From: Eubacteriales bacterium
Lineage (GTDB): Bacteria > Bacillota > Clostridia > Oscillospirales > CAG-272
Direction: 5' to 3'
DNA: 64,000 bases
Assembly: GCA_045588245.1 (NCBI GenBank)
Contig: JAZNDW010000028.1
Span: 18,094-82,093, forward strand
Positions 26,408-35,322 of this stretch are shown piece after piece. Within the stretch, counting starts at the first letter, position 1. Each line of letters starts with the position of its first letter. Below the pieces are notes generated by a model, which ran no database searches, was not told the DNA's origin, and was given only the letters and a program-made list of their open reading frames with translations. The translations under genes and the position numbers were made by a program.

Positions 26408-28867
26408 TTATTTCTTTTTATATACGACTTTGCCGTCTGCGACTGAAGCCGTGATGCTGTCACCCTCACGGATATTCCCCTCAAGTATTGCTTCCGAAAA
26501 CGTGTCCTCAACGAGCCGCACAGCGGCGCGTCGTATCGGACGCGCGCCGTAATCGGGATCGAAGCCTTCGCTTGCGATAAGCTCCGCTACGTCGTCGCTG
26601 AATGTGACATCGATTCCGATGTCGGCACATCGTGCACGTATCTTATTCAGTAAGAGCGTGGCGATTTTTTTGACGCACTCGCCCTCAAGCTTGTTAAATA
26701 CGATGATCTCGTCGATGCGGTTCAAAAACTCGGGCTTGAAGGTGCGCTTGAGCGAATCGGTCACTGAGGAGCGGATCCTGTCCTTTTCCTCAAGCTTTTC
26801 GTCGGTGACGGTGAAACCGAGCCGTCTGCTTGAAACAATGTCGGCAGCACCGACATTTGACGTCATGATTATGACGGTGTTTTTGAAATCGGCTTTGCGT
26901 CCTTGCGCGTCTGAGAGGATTCCGTCGTCAAGAATCTGTAAAAGTACGTTGAAAACGTCGGGATGTGCCTTTTCGATCTCGTCAAAAAGAACGACAGAAT
27001 ACGGATGTCGACGGATCATTTCGGTGAGCTGACCTCCCTTGTCGTAGCCAACGTAGCCGGGCGGCGAGCCGATAAGCTTGGAGGTACTGTGGCTTTCCAT
27101 GTATTCGGACATATCAACGCGGATCATGGCACTTTCAGACCCGAACATAACGTCGGCGAGCGCTTTTGAAAGCTCCGTTTTGCCAACACCCGTAAGCCCG
27201 AGAAAAATGAACGAGCCGACGGGACGGTTCGGGTCTTTCAGACCCGTGCGGCCGCGTCGTATCGCACGTGCAACGGCATCGACAGCTTCGTCCTGACCGA
27301 TCACGCGCTCTTTCAGGATCATATCAAGATGCAAAAGTCGTTTGCTTTCCTCCTCAGCCAAGCGTGAAACGGGAATTTTAGTCCAGGCTGTCACGATTTC
27401 CGCGATCTCCTGCTCTCCGATGGAAAGCTCGGAGGTGTCGCGTTCGGAAGTCCATTTGTTTTTTTCGGTTTCGTATTTTTTGTGCAGCTCGTGTTCACGG
27501 TCACGCAGGGCAGCGGCTCCCTCAAAATCCTGCGAGCGTATAGAGGCTTCTTTTTCGCCCGTGACGCGCTTTAGCTCGTCTTCAAGCTTCAGAATATCCC
27601 CCGACGGGGTCATGCTCGAAATTCGTTTGTGCGATGCTGCCTCGTCGATCAGATCGATTGCCTTGTCGGGCAGCCGTCTGTCGCTGATGTAACGGACGGA
27701 AAGCCTCACGGCGGCTTCAATGGCGTCATCGGTGATCTTCAGCTTGTGATGCGCTTCATATTTGTCACGCAAGCCGTGAAGTATACGTACCGCCTCTTCC
27801 GCCGTCGGTTCACCGACGGTGACGGATTGAAAACGGCGCTCAAGTGCCGAATCACGTTCAATGTGACGGCGATATTCTTCGATCGTAGTTGCGCCGATGA
27901 CCTGAATCTCACCTCGCGCAAGCGCGGGCTTCAGAATATTTGCCGCATCTACGGCGCCTTCCGCCGCGCCCGCGCCGATTATGACGTGGATCTCGTCGAT
28001 AAAAAGAATGATGTTCGGGTTTTTGATCACCTCACTCATGACGTTTTTGAGTCGCTCCTCAAATTCGCCGCGATACTTCGCTCCCGCGATCATTGATGAA
28101 ATATCGAGCGTTACGATGATTTTATCACGAAGCGTTTCGGGAACACTGCCTTCGACTATGCGTTGCGCCAACCCTTCGATAACGGCAGTCTTGCCAACAC
28201 CCGGTTCACCGATCAGGCAAGGATTGTTTTTCGTGCGTCGGGACAAGATCTGAACGACGCGTTCCATTTCCGTGTCGCGTCCGATGATCGGATCGAGCTT
28301 GCCCGAACGTGCAAGCTCGCAAAGGTCGCGCCCGTGCTGAGCCGTCGTAGGTGCGTCATAAAGCGACGGGTTGCTGTTTTTGCGATTATCTTTGCCCAAA
28401 ACCGCAGAGCCTGTGCGTCCGATGCCTGCGATGCCATCGGAAAGGAAGCCTTCAATGTCTGAAATCAACCCGTCAACGTCAACGCCGAGCGACAAAAGAA
28501 GCTTTACGGCAACGCACGACCGTTCAAGCAACACAGCGCAAAGAAGATGCTCTGTGCCGATATAATTGTGGTGATATTTCGTTCTGATAAAAGCGGATGC
28601 TTCGAGTATCTTTTTCAAGCGAGGCGTCATGTCCGCAGACGATAGACTGCAGGTGTCTCCCACGCCTGAAATACTGCGAACGATGTTTTCAACGTCTGCG
28701 TATGACGCACCTCGGCTTTCAAGGAGTTTTAACGCAGCAGAATCCGTCTCCGCTGTAAGACCGAGAAGAATGTGCTCCGAGCCGATGTAGGTGTGTCCCA
28801 GCTTCTCGGCAAAGCGGAGCGCATTGTTAATGGCATTCTGCGCCTTTTGCGTAAAGCGATTTGTCAT
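26408..28867 (-). CDS. clpC: ATP-dependent Clp protease ATP-binding subunit ClpC (class III Hsp100)
   Basis: Clp_N repeats at the N-terminus. Two AAA+ modules with Walker A GEPGVGKT and [12 protein letters not shown]-like linker ([18 protein letters not shown]) lies between them. 819 aa. Confidence 0.9.
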   Translation of the reverse strand: MTNRFTQKAQNAINNALRFAEKLGHTYIGSEHILLGLTAETDSAALKLLESRGASYADVENIVRSISGVGDTCSLSSADMTPRLKKILEASAFIRTKYHHNYIGTEHLLCAVLLERSCVAVKLLLSLGVDVDGLISDIEGFLSDGIAGIGRTGSAVLGKDNRKNSNPSLYDAPTTAQHGRDLCELARSGKLDPIIGRDTEMERVVQILSRRTKNNPCLIGEPGVGKTAVIEGLAQRIVEGSVPETLRDKIIVTLDISSMIAGAKYRGEFEERLKNVMSEVIKNPNIILFIDEIHVIIGAGAAEGAVDAANILKPALARGEIQVIGATTIEEYRRHIERDSALERRFQSVTVGEPTAEEAVRILHGLRDKYEAHHKLKITDDAIEAAVRLSVRYISDRRLPDKAIDLIDEAASHKRISSMTPSGDILKLEDELKRVTGEKEASIRSQDFEGAAALRDREHELHKKYETEKNKWTSERDTSELSIGEQEIAEIVTAWTKIPVSRLAEEESKRLLHLDMILKERVIGQDEAVDAVARAIRRGRTGLKDPNRPVGSFIFLGLTGVGKTELSKALADVMFGSESAMIRVDMSEYMESHSTSKLIGSPPGYVGYDKGGQLTEMIRRHPYSVVLFDEIEKAHPDVFNVLLQILDDGILSDAQGRKADFKNTVIIMTSNVGAADIVSSRRLGFTVTDEKLEEKDRIRSSVTDSLKRTFKPEFLNRIDEIIVFNKLEGECVKKIATLLLNKIRARCADIGIDVTFSDDVAELIASEGFDPDYGARPIRRAAVRLVEDTFSEAILEGNIREGDSITASVADGKVVYKKK

Positions 28868-29082
28868 TTATGTTGATCCTTTCGTAAACGTAAAATAACC
28901 GTTGGTTTGAATATAGGAGTTGTCGGAATGATCTCATGCAGCGGCGGTGACACTTTGGCACATAACATAGTGTATGCCTCTATATGAAAAAAACAGTCAC
29001 AACTGATGAAAATTTTACAGCAAAAGCAGAAAAAATGACGTGTATATACTTGTCGGCGAGAAAAGAGATTCCTTTGTAAGCA

Positions 29083-29120
29083 CAAAAAATCACAAGCGTT
29101 ACAAACGTAACGCTTGTGAT
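29083..29120 (-). terminator. Rho-independent terminator downstream of the DUF4097 gene
   Basis: Stem ATCACAAGCGTTAC (29089-29102) pairs with GTAACGCTTGTGAT (29107-29120). The A-run at 29084-29089 gives a T-run on the minus strand. Confidence 0.85.
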
Positions 29121-29136
29121 TTGTGTTGATATTTGA

Positions 29137-29928
29137 TTAATTATTAAAGGTGACGTCAATGTTTCCGATGTCAACTGAGAGGGAAACGGGTATACCGTCG
29201 CCGCCCGGTTCAACGTTACATTCGCCCGTGCGGTGTGTTATTGTGACGGCGTAGCTCTCACGCGGAAGAGGGAAGCTACCCGCGATGTTTCCAACGTGTG
29301 TGGAGAAGGTTACGTTATTGAGCGATTCGGATGAAATATCGTGAAAATCAACGTTGCCCGTCGAAACGGAAGCGCTGACGTTAGGCGCCGTAATAGCGCT
29401 CAGCTCAATGTTTCCCGTGTCGGCGACAAGGCTGAGCGCGTCTGCGCCAATGCTCGTCGCAGTAACGTTTCCTGCTACCGTATGAGCCGTGATCTCGGCG
29501 GCTTCGATATTTGAAATAATGATGTTACCCGCAACGGTGTTGAGCAGTATCACTCCGTCAAAATCGGCGGGAATACCAATGGTGACACCGTATTTGTCTG
29601 CGATGCTCAAACGTGCTCTGTCATACCATTTCAGCTCGTCGGACGTGATACGGAGTATATCCGCACTCGTTTCGATATGGTAAAAACCGTCGCGGATCGC
29701 GGCAAATTCAAGCGTCACGTTTTCTCCGGATGGACGCTCGGTCACGTTGATGTATCCGATATCGATGTCGAGCGTGATCTTGTTCGTGTCGCCGAGCGAA
29801 ACGAACTCCGAAGAAATGATAACGTTTCTTTCCGCAGCATAAAACAGCTTATTGATGAGTACGAGCGTCTGTGCGACGACGGCAAGTACAATAACGAGAA
29901 TTATTATCGTAAAAATTGTTTTTTTCAT
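29137..29928 (-). CDS. DUF4097-type beta-helical repeat protein with N-terminal membrane anchor
   Basis: TM anchor followed by repeated xxGNIxx strands (VAGNIIISNI, VAGNVTATSI, DTGNIELSAI, STGNVDFHDI, HVGNIAGSF, DIGNIDVTF), as in the DUF4097 putative adhesin fold. Confidence 0.7.
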   Translation of the reverse strand: MKKTIFTIIILVIVLAVVAQTLVLINKLFYAAERNVIISSEFVSLGDTNKITLDIDIGYINVTERPSGENVTLEFAAIRDGFYHIETSADILRITSDELKWYDRARLSIADKYGVTIGIPADFDGVILLNTVAGNIIISNIEAAEITAHTVAGNVTATSIGADALSLVADTGNIELSAITAPNVSASVSTGNVDFHDISSESLNNVTFSTHVGNIAGSFPLPRESYAVTITHRTGECNVEPGGDGIPVSLSVDIGNIDVTFNN

Positions 29929-29954
29929 ATAATAGAAAACCTGTATTGGAATAA

Positions 29955-29984
29955 AAAAGGCAGACCGGTTCCGATCTGCCTTTT
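29955..29984 (-). terminator. Rho-independent terminator downstream of the DUF4956 gene
   Basis: Stem AAAAGGCAGA (29955-29964) pairs with TCTGCCTTTT (29975-29984), with A/T runs on both sides. Confidence 0.6.
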
Positions 29985-29991
29985 GGAAAAA

Positions 29992-30675
29992 TTAAAGTCT
30001 TTCGTAATCGAGAGCATCGGGAGTCATTCCGCAGATGATATCAAGATTACCGTTACGGCAGCGGATCTCATCGATCATTTCTTTTTCATCGTCGTCATTT
30101 TTCAGTTCGAGATGATAGAAAAGCTGATACATGCTGCCAAGATTTGTCGTCTTAACGCGCATAAGTTTATATGACTTTGTGTACTTTTCGAAAATATCGT
30201 CGAAAATATGTGAGTAATTAAGGCTTTCGGGAATCGTAACCTTGAGTTCTTTGCCCGTGGAGCGTCCGGAAAGGCCAAGCAGCGTGCAAACAACGTAAAC
30301 AAGAAGAGCAACGATAGTGAAAACAACGGCGAGCAAGAGGTAACCCATACCGTTAATAAGACCGATAGCCATGGAAAGGAAGATGAGAAGGATATCGGAA
30401 GCGGTACCGGGATTGGAACGGTAGCGAACGAGGTTAAAGGCGCCCGCAACGGCAAGACCTACACCGATATTGCCGTTAACGATCATGATAACGACCTGAA
30501 CGATAACGGGAAGAACGATGAGGGAAAGGATTACATTTTTCGAACGGTTGCTTCTGAAGGCGGCTACGAGAGCCGTCAGAAGACCCAAAACCACAGACGA
30601 AAGCGAGCAGATAAGGAACATTCCTATCGTAATTTCATTGCCTGTGATAACTGATGTGAAAACTTGGGAAAACAT
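29992..30675 (-). CDS. DUF4956-family membrane protein
   Basis: Four N-terminal TM segments and a soluble C-terminal domain (KELKVTIPESLNYSHIFDDIFEKYTKSYKLMRVKTTNLGSMYQLFYHLELK). It lies 4 nt downstream of a VTC-domain gene, which is the usual partner of this family. Confidence 0.6.
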   Translation of the reverse strand: MFSQVFTSVITGNEITIGMFLICSLSSVVLGLLTALVAAFRSNRSKNVILSLIVLPVIVQVVIMIVNGNIGVGLAVAGAFNLVRYRSNPGTASDILLIFLSMAIGLINGMGYLLLAVVFTIVALLVYVVCTLLGLSGRSTGKELKVTIPESLNYSHIFDDIFEKYTKSYKLMRVKTTNLGSMYQLFYHLELKNDDDEKEMIDEIRCRNGNLDIICGMTPDALDYERL

Positions 30676-30679
30676 AATT

Positions 30680-31399
30680 TTAGATTCCTCCTGCCGAACG
30701 GCTTAATTTGTTTTGAAGCAGAGTCATGTAAGCTCTGCCGTATTTACTGAATGATGTGGGATAGATTTTCAGCTCATCAAATTTATGAGCGAGCCAAAGC
30801 GGCATAGCATCGGGGATCTTGACCTCCATGAGCCGCACACCGTCAGGCAAGATGGTATTGCCATAAACGCCGAGCGTCAGATCAATGTCATAATCGCGCC
30901 ATGTGATGTTCTTGTCGAACGTGATGCGCAGATTCGGATCATTCTTAGCGAAATAAGCAGTGCGGTCATATGTCAGAACCATCGCGGGCGCAAGTCCGTT
31001 ATAGTAATTGATGAACCACATGATCTCGCGCGCTATCTGCGAATCCTTTTTCGGGGGCACTTTGTCGCAAGTGAAATCTATCGCTCGTTTGTATTTCATG
31101 CTTATCCTGCGCTTGTAAACGATACCCTTGTACTTTTTCTTTATCTCAACAAAGGTAGTCGTGTCCTCGTTCGGAACACCGTACGTGCGTATGCGCAGTT
31201 TTTCTTTATAAACGGGTTTTTCAATGGAGCGGCGAATAAGCTCGTGCGTCGGTGTATCGTAATATATGTTGCAGATCGTACTTTCGCCGTAATCATCGCC
31301 CTTCATGTATTCGTCGATGGTTGGCATAAGAGCCTCGTACTGCTCGGTGGTGAGGATGTACTTTTTTTCAACACGCTTGAAAATTTCCTTAAACGCCAA
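30680..31399 (-). CDS. VTC-domain (triphosphate tunnel metalloenzyme, polyphosphate-polymerase-like) protein
   Basis: N-terminal FKRVEKKYIL strand (the R/E/K tunnel motif of CYTH/VTC). Alternating basic/acidic beta-strands follow throughout (EKLRIRTYG, FVEIKKKYKGIVYKRR, RITFDKNITWR, RLMEVKI). TTG start with GGAGG 8 nt upstream. Confidence 0.65.
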   Translation of the reverse strand: MAFKEIFKRVEKKYILTTEQYEALMPTIDEYMKGDDYGESTICNIYYDTPTHELIRRSIEKPVYKEKLRIRTYGVPNEDTTTFVEIKKKYKGIVYKRRISMKYKRAIDFTCDKVPPKKDSQIAREIMWFINYYNGLAPAMVLTYDRTAYFAKNDPNLRITFDKNITWRDYDIDLTLGVYGNTILPDGVRLMEVKIPDAMPLWLAHKFDELKIYPTSFSKYGRAYMTLLQNKLSRSAGGI

Positions 31400-31447
31400 A
31401 GACTGACACCTCCATTTCGACTAAAATTAATCATTCTATACTATAAA

Positions 31448-31476
31448 ATTATATATCCGTTTGTGCAAAAAGTCAA
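31448..31476 (-). promoter_or_regulatory. Consensus sigma-A promoter for the VTC/DUF4956 operon
   Basis: The minus strand reads TTGACT (31471-31476), a 17-nt spacer, then TATAAT (31448-31453). Confidence 0.6.
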
Positions 31477-31535
31477 GATAAACAAGCAAAGAAAGAATAA
31501 TATTTTTGCTTAATCAACAATGATTATCATGTGTA

Positions 31536-31565
31536 TTGACACAAAAGAAAGTGTTGTGATACAAT
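31536..31565 (+). promoter_or_regulatory. Sigma-A promoter for the tRNA-Gly gene
   Basis: TTGACA (31536-31541), an 18-nt spacer ending in TGa, then TACAAT (31560-31565). The tRNA 5' end is 10 nt downstream. Confidence 0.6.
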
Positions 31566-31574
31566 TAAGGCATC

Positions 31575-31645
31575 GCGGGCGTATTTCAATGGTAGAAAAT
31601 CGGCTTCCCAAGCCGAGTACGCGGGTTCGATTCCCGTCGCCCGCT
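31575..31645 (+). tRNA. tRNA-Gly(CCC): tRNA-Gly, anticodon CCC, 71 nt, no encoded CCA
   Basis: Hand-folded cloverleaf. Acceptor GCGGGCG/CGCCCGC, D-arm TTTC-AATGGTA-GAAA, anticodon arm TCGGC-TTCCCAA-GCCGA, T-arm GCGGG-TTCGATT-CCCGT, discriminator U. The downstream sequence is GAAAAC, not CCA. Confidence 0.9.
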
Positions 31646-31671
31646 GAAAACGGTGTCCGTTCGCACATGAT

Positions 31672-31710
31672 AAAAGATCCCGACGCATTGGCGTCGGGAT
31701 CTTTTCGTTT
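31672..31710. terminator. Bidirectional rho-independent terminator between tRNA-Gly and convergent argF
   Basis: Stem AAAAGATCCCGACGC (31672-31686) pairs with GCGTCGGGATCTTTT (31691-31705), loop ATTG. Confidence 0.85.
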
Positions 31711-31713
31711 TGA

Positions 31714-32697
31714 TTATAGTGTTGCCGCAATGACGGCTTTGATCGTGTGCATACGGTTTTCGGCTTCCGCAAAAACGATAGAAGCGGAGCTTTCGAAAAC
31801 TTCGTTTGTGACCTCCATGTGGTCGCGTCCGAAACGTTCACCCATCTCTTTGCCGACAGTTGTGTTCATATCGTGGAACGCAGGCAGGCAATGCATGAAT
31901 ACGGCACCCTCGGCGGCAATTGACATTATGTGTGAGTTGACCTCGTAAGGCGAGAGCGCATTGATGCGTTCCTCCCATACTAGAACGGGTTCGCCCATCG
32001 AAACCCAAACGTCCGTGTATATGACGTTTGCATCCTTGACGGCTTCTGTAGGCTCAGTAATAAACTCAAGCACAGCACCTGTTTCGGCGGCGATTGAACG
32101 GCATTTTTCAACGAGTTCTTCTTCGGGGAAGTATTCCTTCGGTGCGCACGCAACGAAGTGAAGTCCCATTTTTGCCGCACCGATCATGAGCGAGTTGCCC
32201 ATGTTGTAGCGAGCATCGCCCATATAAACGAGCTTGATGCCGTCAAGTGAGCCGAAGTGCTCGCGAATAGTTAACAGATCAGCCAAGATCTGCGTCGGAT
32301 GATACTCATTTGTGAGTCCGTTCCAGACGGGCACGGATGAGTATTCGGCAAGTTCGTCAACGATCGACTGACCGAATCCGCGGTACTCAATACCGTCGTA
32401 GATTGAAGAAAGTACGCGGGCTGTGTCGGCGATAGATTCCTTTTTGCCGATCTGCGAGCCCTGCGGATCAAGATACGTAACGCCCGCTCCGAGGTCGCGT
32501 GCCGCAACCTCAAAGCTGCAGCGTGTGCGTGTGCTCGTCTTTTCAAAAATAAGCGCAATATTTTTACCGTCGCAAAGCTTGTGCGGAATGCCGGCGCGTT
32601 TCTTTGCCTTGAGCTCAGCGGCAAGATCGAGCAGATACGTGATCTCCTCAGGCGCGTAATCGAGCAGCGTGAGCAGGTCTCTGCCGTGTAGATTCAT
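31714..32697 (-). CDS. argF: Ornithine carbamoyltransferase
   Basis: Carbamoyl-phosphate motif [13 protein letters not shown], plus HPTQ, the ornithine-binding DVWVSMGE and HCLPAFH. Confidence 0.9.
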   Translation of the reverse strand: MNLHGRDLLTLLDYAPEEITYLLDLAAELKAKKRAGIPHKLCDGKNIALIFEKTSTRTRCSFEVAARDLGAGVTYLDPQGSQIGKKESIADTARVLSSIYDGIEYRGFGQSIVDELAEYSSVPVWNGLTNEYHPTQILADLLTIREHFGSLDGIKLVYMGDARYNMGNSLMIGAAKMGLHFVACAPKEYFPEEELVEKCRSIAAETGAVLEFITEPTEAVKDANVIYTDVWVSMGEPVLVWEERINALSPYEVNSHIMSIAAEGAVFMHCLPAFHDMNTTVGKEMGERFGRDHMEVTNEVFESSASIVFAEAENRMHTIKAVIAATL

Positions 32698-32715
32698 AAA
32701 GTGTACCTCGCTTTA

Positions 32716-33459
32716 TTATAAAACTTTCGACAGGAAGGTTTTGAGTCTGTCGGACTGCGGATTACGGAAAATGTCTTCGGGAGCACCTTCTTCTGTGATA
32801 ACGCCCTCGGAGATAAAGACGACGCGATTCGATACTTCGCGTGCAAATCCCATCTCGTGCGTAACGACGACCATCGTCATTCCTTCGCGTGCGAGCTCCT
32901 TCATAACGTCGAGAACTTCTCCGACCATTTCGGGGTCAAGTGCCGACGTCGGCTCGTCGAAAAGCATTACGTCGGGCTCCATCGCTAGCGCGCGAACGAT
33001 GGCGACGCGCTGCTGCTGACCGCCCGAAAGCTGTGCGGGATAAGCATTGATCTTATCGGAAAGTCCGATTCGCGCAAGGAGAGCTTCCGCTTTCGCCACG
33101 GCTTCTTCGCGCGGCATCTTTTTGAGCATCATCGGCGCTGTGATAAGGTTATCGAGCACCGTCATGTGCGGGAAAAGATTAAAGTGCTGGAATACGGTTC
33201 CCATCTTCTGACGGTGACGGTTGATGTCAACGCCTTTGCTTGTCAAGTCCACGTTATCGAAAATGATGTGACCTGACGAAGGCTGCTCAAGCAGATTGAG
33301 GCAGCGCAGGAAGGTCGATTTGCCCGAGCCCGAAGGACCGATAACGCAAACGACGTCACCTTTGTTTATCGTGATATTCACACCGTTGAGGACACAAAGA
33401 TCCTCAAAATTTTTACAAAGATCCTTTACGACGATCACTTCTCTGCAGCCTCCTTTCAA
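32716..33459 (-). CDS. Polar amino-acid ABC transporter ATP-binding protein
   Basis: Walker [10 protein letters not shown], signature [11 protein letters not shown], Walker [13 protein letters not shown]-loop VTHEM. The start is uncertain: ATG 33459 or GTG 33438, and both overlap the permease 3' end. Confidence 0.88.
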   Translation of the reverse strand: MKGGCREVIVVKDLCKNFEDLCVLNGVNITINKGDVVCVIGPSGSGKSTFLRCLNLLEQPSSGHIIFDNVDLTSKGVDINRHRQKMGTVFQHFNLFPHMTVLDNLITAPMMLKKMPREEAVAKAEALLARIGLSDKINAYPAQLSGGQQQRVAIVRALAMEPDVMLFDEPTSALDPEMVGEVLDVMKELAREGMTMVVVTHEMGFAREVSNRVVFISEGVITEEGAPEDIFRNPQSDRLKTFLSKVL

Positions 33460-34144
33460 AGATAGTCAAAAGCTTTGTCAGCACGATGACCATGATAAGG
33501 TAAACGATCGCTACTGCCAAAAGGGGATTAAACGCATCGTAGGTGTTGTTTCTGATGAGGTTACCCGCTCGGGTGAGATCCATAACGGCAACGTAGCCCG
33601 CAACGGAGGTTTCCTTCAAAAGCGCGATCATTTCGTTGCCTATGGCGGGCAGGATGTTTTTGACTGCCTGCGGGAAAATGATCTTATACATCGTCTGCAA
33701 ACGCGACATACCGAGGCTGCGTCCCGCTTCCATCTGACCTGCATCAACGGCATTGATGCCGCTGCGGATCAGCTCCGCCATGTAAGCACCGGAATTGATA
33801 CCAAAAGCGATGATACCGACCGTAACGCCGTCTGCGGATTTGAGAATGAGGTAATAAAATATGAGAAGCAGAACGACGACGGGAATTCCGCGTATCGTCG
33901 TTGTGTATAGATCGCAAATCCACTCTACGGGGCGAAGCGGAGGATACCCTTCGGAGAAATATTTGAGTACAGCGATGACGGTGCCGAGGATAACGCCGAT
34001 GAGAAGAGCACCGAAGGTGATAATGAGCGTGTTGCCGAGACCTTCGATGAGCCACATATAGCGAGAATCTTCGATGAAAGTGTCATGGAGCTGTGTTGTC
34101 CATTCGGAGAAAAAATCCGTGACTTTACTGAAAAACTGAGGCAT
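33413..34144 (-). CDS. Polar amino-acid ABC transporter permease (HisM/GlnP-type)
   Basis: Five TM segments and an EAA-like loop [29 protein letters not shown]. Confidence 0.88.
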   Translation of the reverse strand: MPQFFSKVTDFFSEWTTQLHDTFIEDSRYMWLIEGLGNTLIITFGALLIGVILGTVIAVLKYFSEGYPPLRPVEWICDLYTTTIRGIPVVVLLLIFYYLILKSADGVTVGIIAFGINSGAYMAELIRSGINAVDAGQMEAGRSLGMSRLQTMYKIIFPQAVKNILPAIGNEMIALLKETSVAGYVAVMDLTRAGNLIRNNTYDAFNPLLAVAIVYLIMVIVLTKLLTIFERRLQRSDRRKGSL

Positions 34145-34177
34145 TTAATGTTCCTTTCGATTGCTTATATACGACAA

Positions 34178-34210
34178 GATAACGGAAGAGCATAAAGTTC
34201 TTCCGTTATC
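34178..34210 (-). other. Intercistronic stem-loop between the binding-protein and permease genes
   Basis: A 13-bp stem, GATAACGGAAGAG (34178-34190) pairing with TTCTTCCGTTATC (34198-34210), with a 7-nt loop. It sits in the 86-nt gap inside the operon. Confidence 0.6.
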
Positions 34211-34230
34211 TTGTTATTTTTGATGTTTGA

Positions 34231-35010
34231 TTATTTAGAGGGAGCTACGTAAACGGTGTTGTACTTTTCGAAGATAGCAGCGATGGTGCCGTCTTCTACC
34301 CACTTGTCTATGTATTCGTTAAGCTTTGCAACGAGCTCGTCGCTTCCCTTGAGAAGTGCGAATGCGTAGGGCTCGCTCGTCATAGCTTCGTCAAGAACCT
34401 TTGTCGCTCCGTTTGTTTCCGCGGACATTGCGATAGCAACTTCGTTGTCAACTACCCAAGCATCAACCTTGCCGGTTGTGAGAGCGCTGCAGGCGTCATT
34501 GTTGGAAGCGTAAGCGAGGAATTCGTAGCCGTTTTCCATGCAGTATGCTTCAGCGGTTGTGCCCGTCTGAACGGCGATCTTCTTGCCTTCGAGGTCGGCC
34601 TTGGAGGCGATGTCGCTGTCTGCCATAACTACGATAGCCTGAGAAGCGAGGAAGTAGGGGTTTGTGAAGTCGGAGTTCTTTTCACGTTCGGGTGTAACGG
34701 TGATGCCGGAAACACCGATGTCATACTTACCGGTCTGAACGCCGGGGAGAACGGAATCGAAATCCATCTTTTCGATTACGAGTTCAACGCCGAGCTCTTC
34801 AGCAAGCTTGTTGAGAATGTCGATCTCGATGCCGACGACTTCGCCGTTTTCGAGCGTTTCAAAGGGAGGGAAGTCGGGGCTTGTTGCGATAACGAGCTGA
34901 CCTGCTTCGGTGATATCAGCAACGGTTTTGGGTGTAGCACCGCAGGATGCGAGGAATACGCACATCATAACAGCAAGTGCTAAAGCGATGATTTTTGTAA
35001 GTTTGTTCAT
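34231..35010 (-). CDS. Polar amino-acid ABC transporter substrate-binding lipoprotein
   Basis: Signal peptide with lipobox LASC, then a family-3 SBP fold (LVIATSPDFPPFE, DIGVSGITVTPER, KIAVQTGTT). The start at the ATG at 35010 (MNKLTKII...) is preferred over the upstream TTG extension in the ORF track. Confidence 0.85.
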   Translation of the reverse strand: MNKLTKIIALALAVMMCVFLASCGATPKTVADITEAGQLVIATSPDFPPFETLENGEVVGIEIDILNKLAEELGVELVIEKMDFDSVLPGVQTGKYDIGVSGITVTPEREKNSDFTNPYFLASQAIVVMADSDIASKADLEGKKIAVQTGTTAEAYCMENGYEFLAYASNNDACSALTTGKVDAWVVDNEVAIAMSAETNGATKVLDEAMTSEPYAFALLKGSDELVAKLNEYIDKWVEDGTIAAIFEKYNTVYVAPSK

Positions 35011-35064
35011 TTGTGATGTGTCCTTTCGAATATGATGATTTTGTCCGCCGTGCAATATGCATAA

Positions 35065-35103
35065 CGCGAATAAATATTCGCTCAGCGTGAATATCGAATA
35101 AAT
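35065..35103. promoter_or_regulatory. Tandem ARG boxes (candidate ArgR operator) upstream of the ABC-transporter/argF operon
   Basis: Box 1 is cgcGAATAAATATTCgct (35065-35082), with perfect 6-bp arms GCGAAT/ATTCGC around AAAT. Box 2 is cgTGAATATCGAATAaat (35086-35103). The centres are 21 bp apart, meaning two 18-mers separated by 3 bp. Compare the ARG-box consensus TNTGAATWWWWATTCANW. Confidence 0.6.
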
Positions 35104-35114
35104 TTTATGCAATT

Positions 35115-35143
35115 ATATTAACACAAACGGAATAATTATGCAA
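35115..35143 (-). promoter_or_regulatory. Candidate sigma-A promoter of the ABC-transporter/argF operon
   Basis: The minus strand reads TTGCAT (35138-35143), a 17-nt spacer, then TAATAT (35115-35120). The ARG boxes begin about 12 nt downstream of the -10. Confidence 0.45.
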
Positions 35144-35274
35144 TAGCAAAAATGGAATTTTATCAAATTTATACATTAACACCACTTTCTCTGAAAATAA
35201 TCGTCCATATTTGTGCAAAGCTGATAAAGTGATCGATAAAGTACATATATAAAATATAATTTGAACGTACACTA

Positions 35275-35303
35275 TTGACTTTTTCGCTTTAGCGTGTTAA
35301 CAT
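35275..35303 (+). promoter_or_regulatory. Sigma-A promoter of the his operon
   Basis: TTGACT (35275-35280), a 17-nt spacer ending in TGT, then TAACAT (35298-35303), 20 nt upstream of the first ATG. Confidence 0.55.
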
Positions 35304-35322
35304 GGTGCAGTGATAAAGACCG

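Noticed and set aside
28868-29082. CtsR operator (GGTCAAA-NAN-GGTCAAA) or CIRCE element upstream of clpC.
   Set aside because: Only a weak partial resemblance was found (TCAAACCAACGGTTA on the minus strand). There is no tandem heptad repeat and no inverted TTAGCACTC/GAGTGCTAA.
31520-31948. 142-aa plus-strand ORF spanning the tRNA-Gly gene and the argF terminator.
   Set aside because: It reads straight through a well-folded tRNA and a terminator hairpin and then runs antisense to argF. It has no RBS.
35011-35112. N-terminal extensions in the ORF track for several genes: 35011-35112 (binding protein), 26262-26306 (rnz), 52415-52504 (LicD), 57617-57679 (GT2), 14049-14084 (MBOAT), 12157-12165 (GH43) and 62246-62326 (sigma).
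   Set aside because: Internal start codons give canonical family N-termini or signal peptides, have better-placed GGAGG-like ribosome-binding sites, and remove overlaps with upstream genes or promoters.
35104-35322. T-box leader or histidine leader-peptide attenuator for the his operon.
   Set aside because: The promoter lies only about 20 nt upstream of the first cistron. There is no specifier-loop/T-box sequence and no His-codon-rich mini-ORF. hisZ follows the first cistron after 5 nt.
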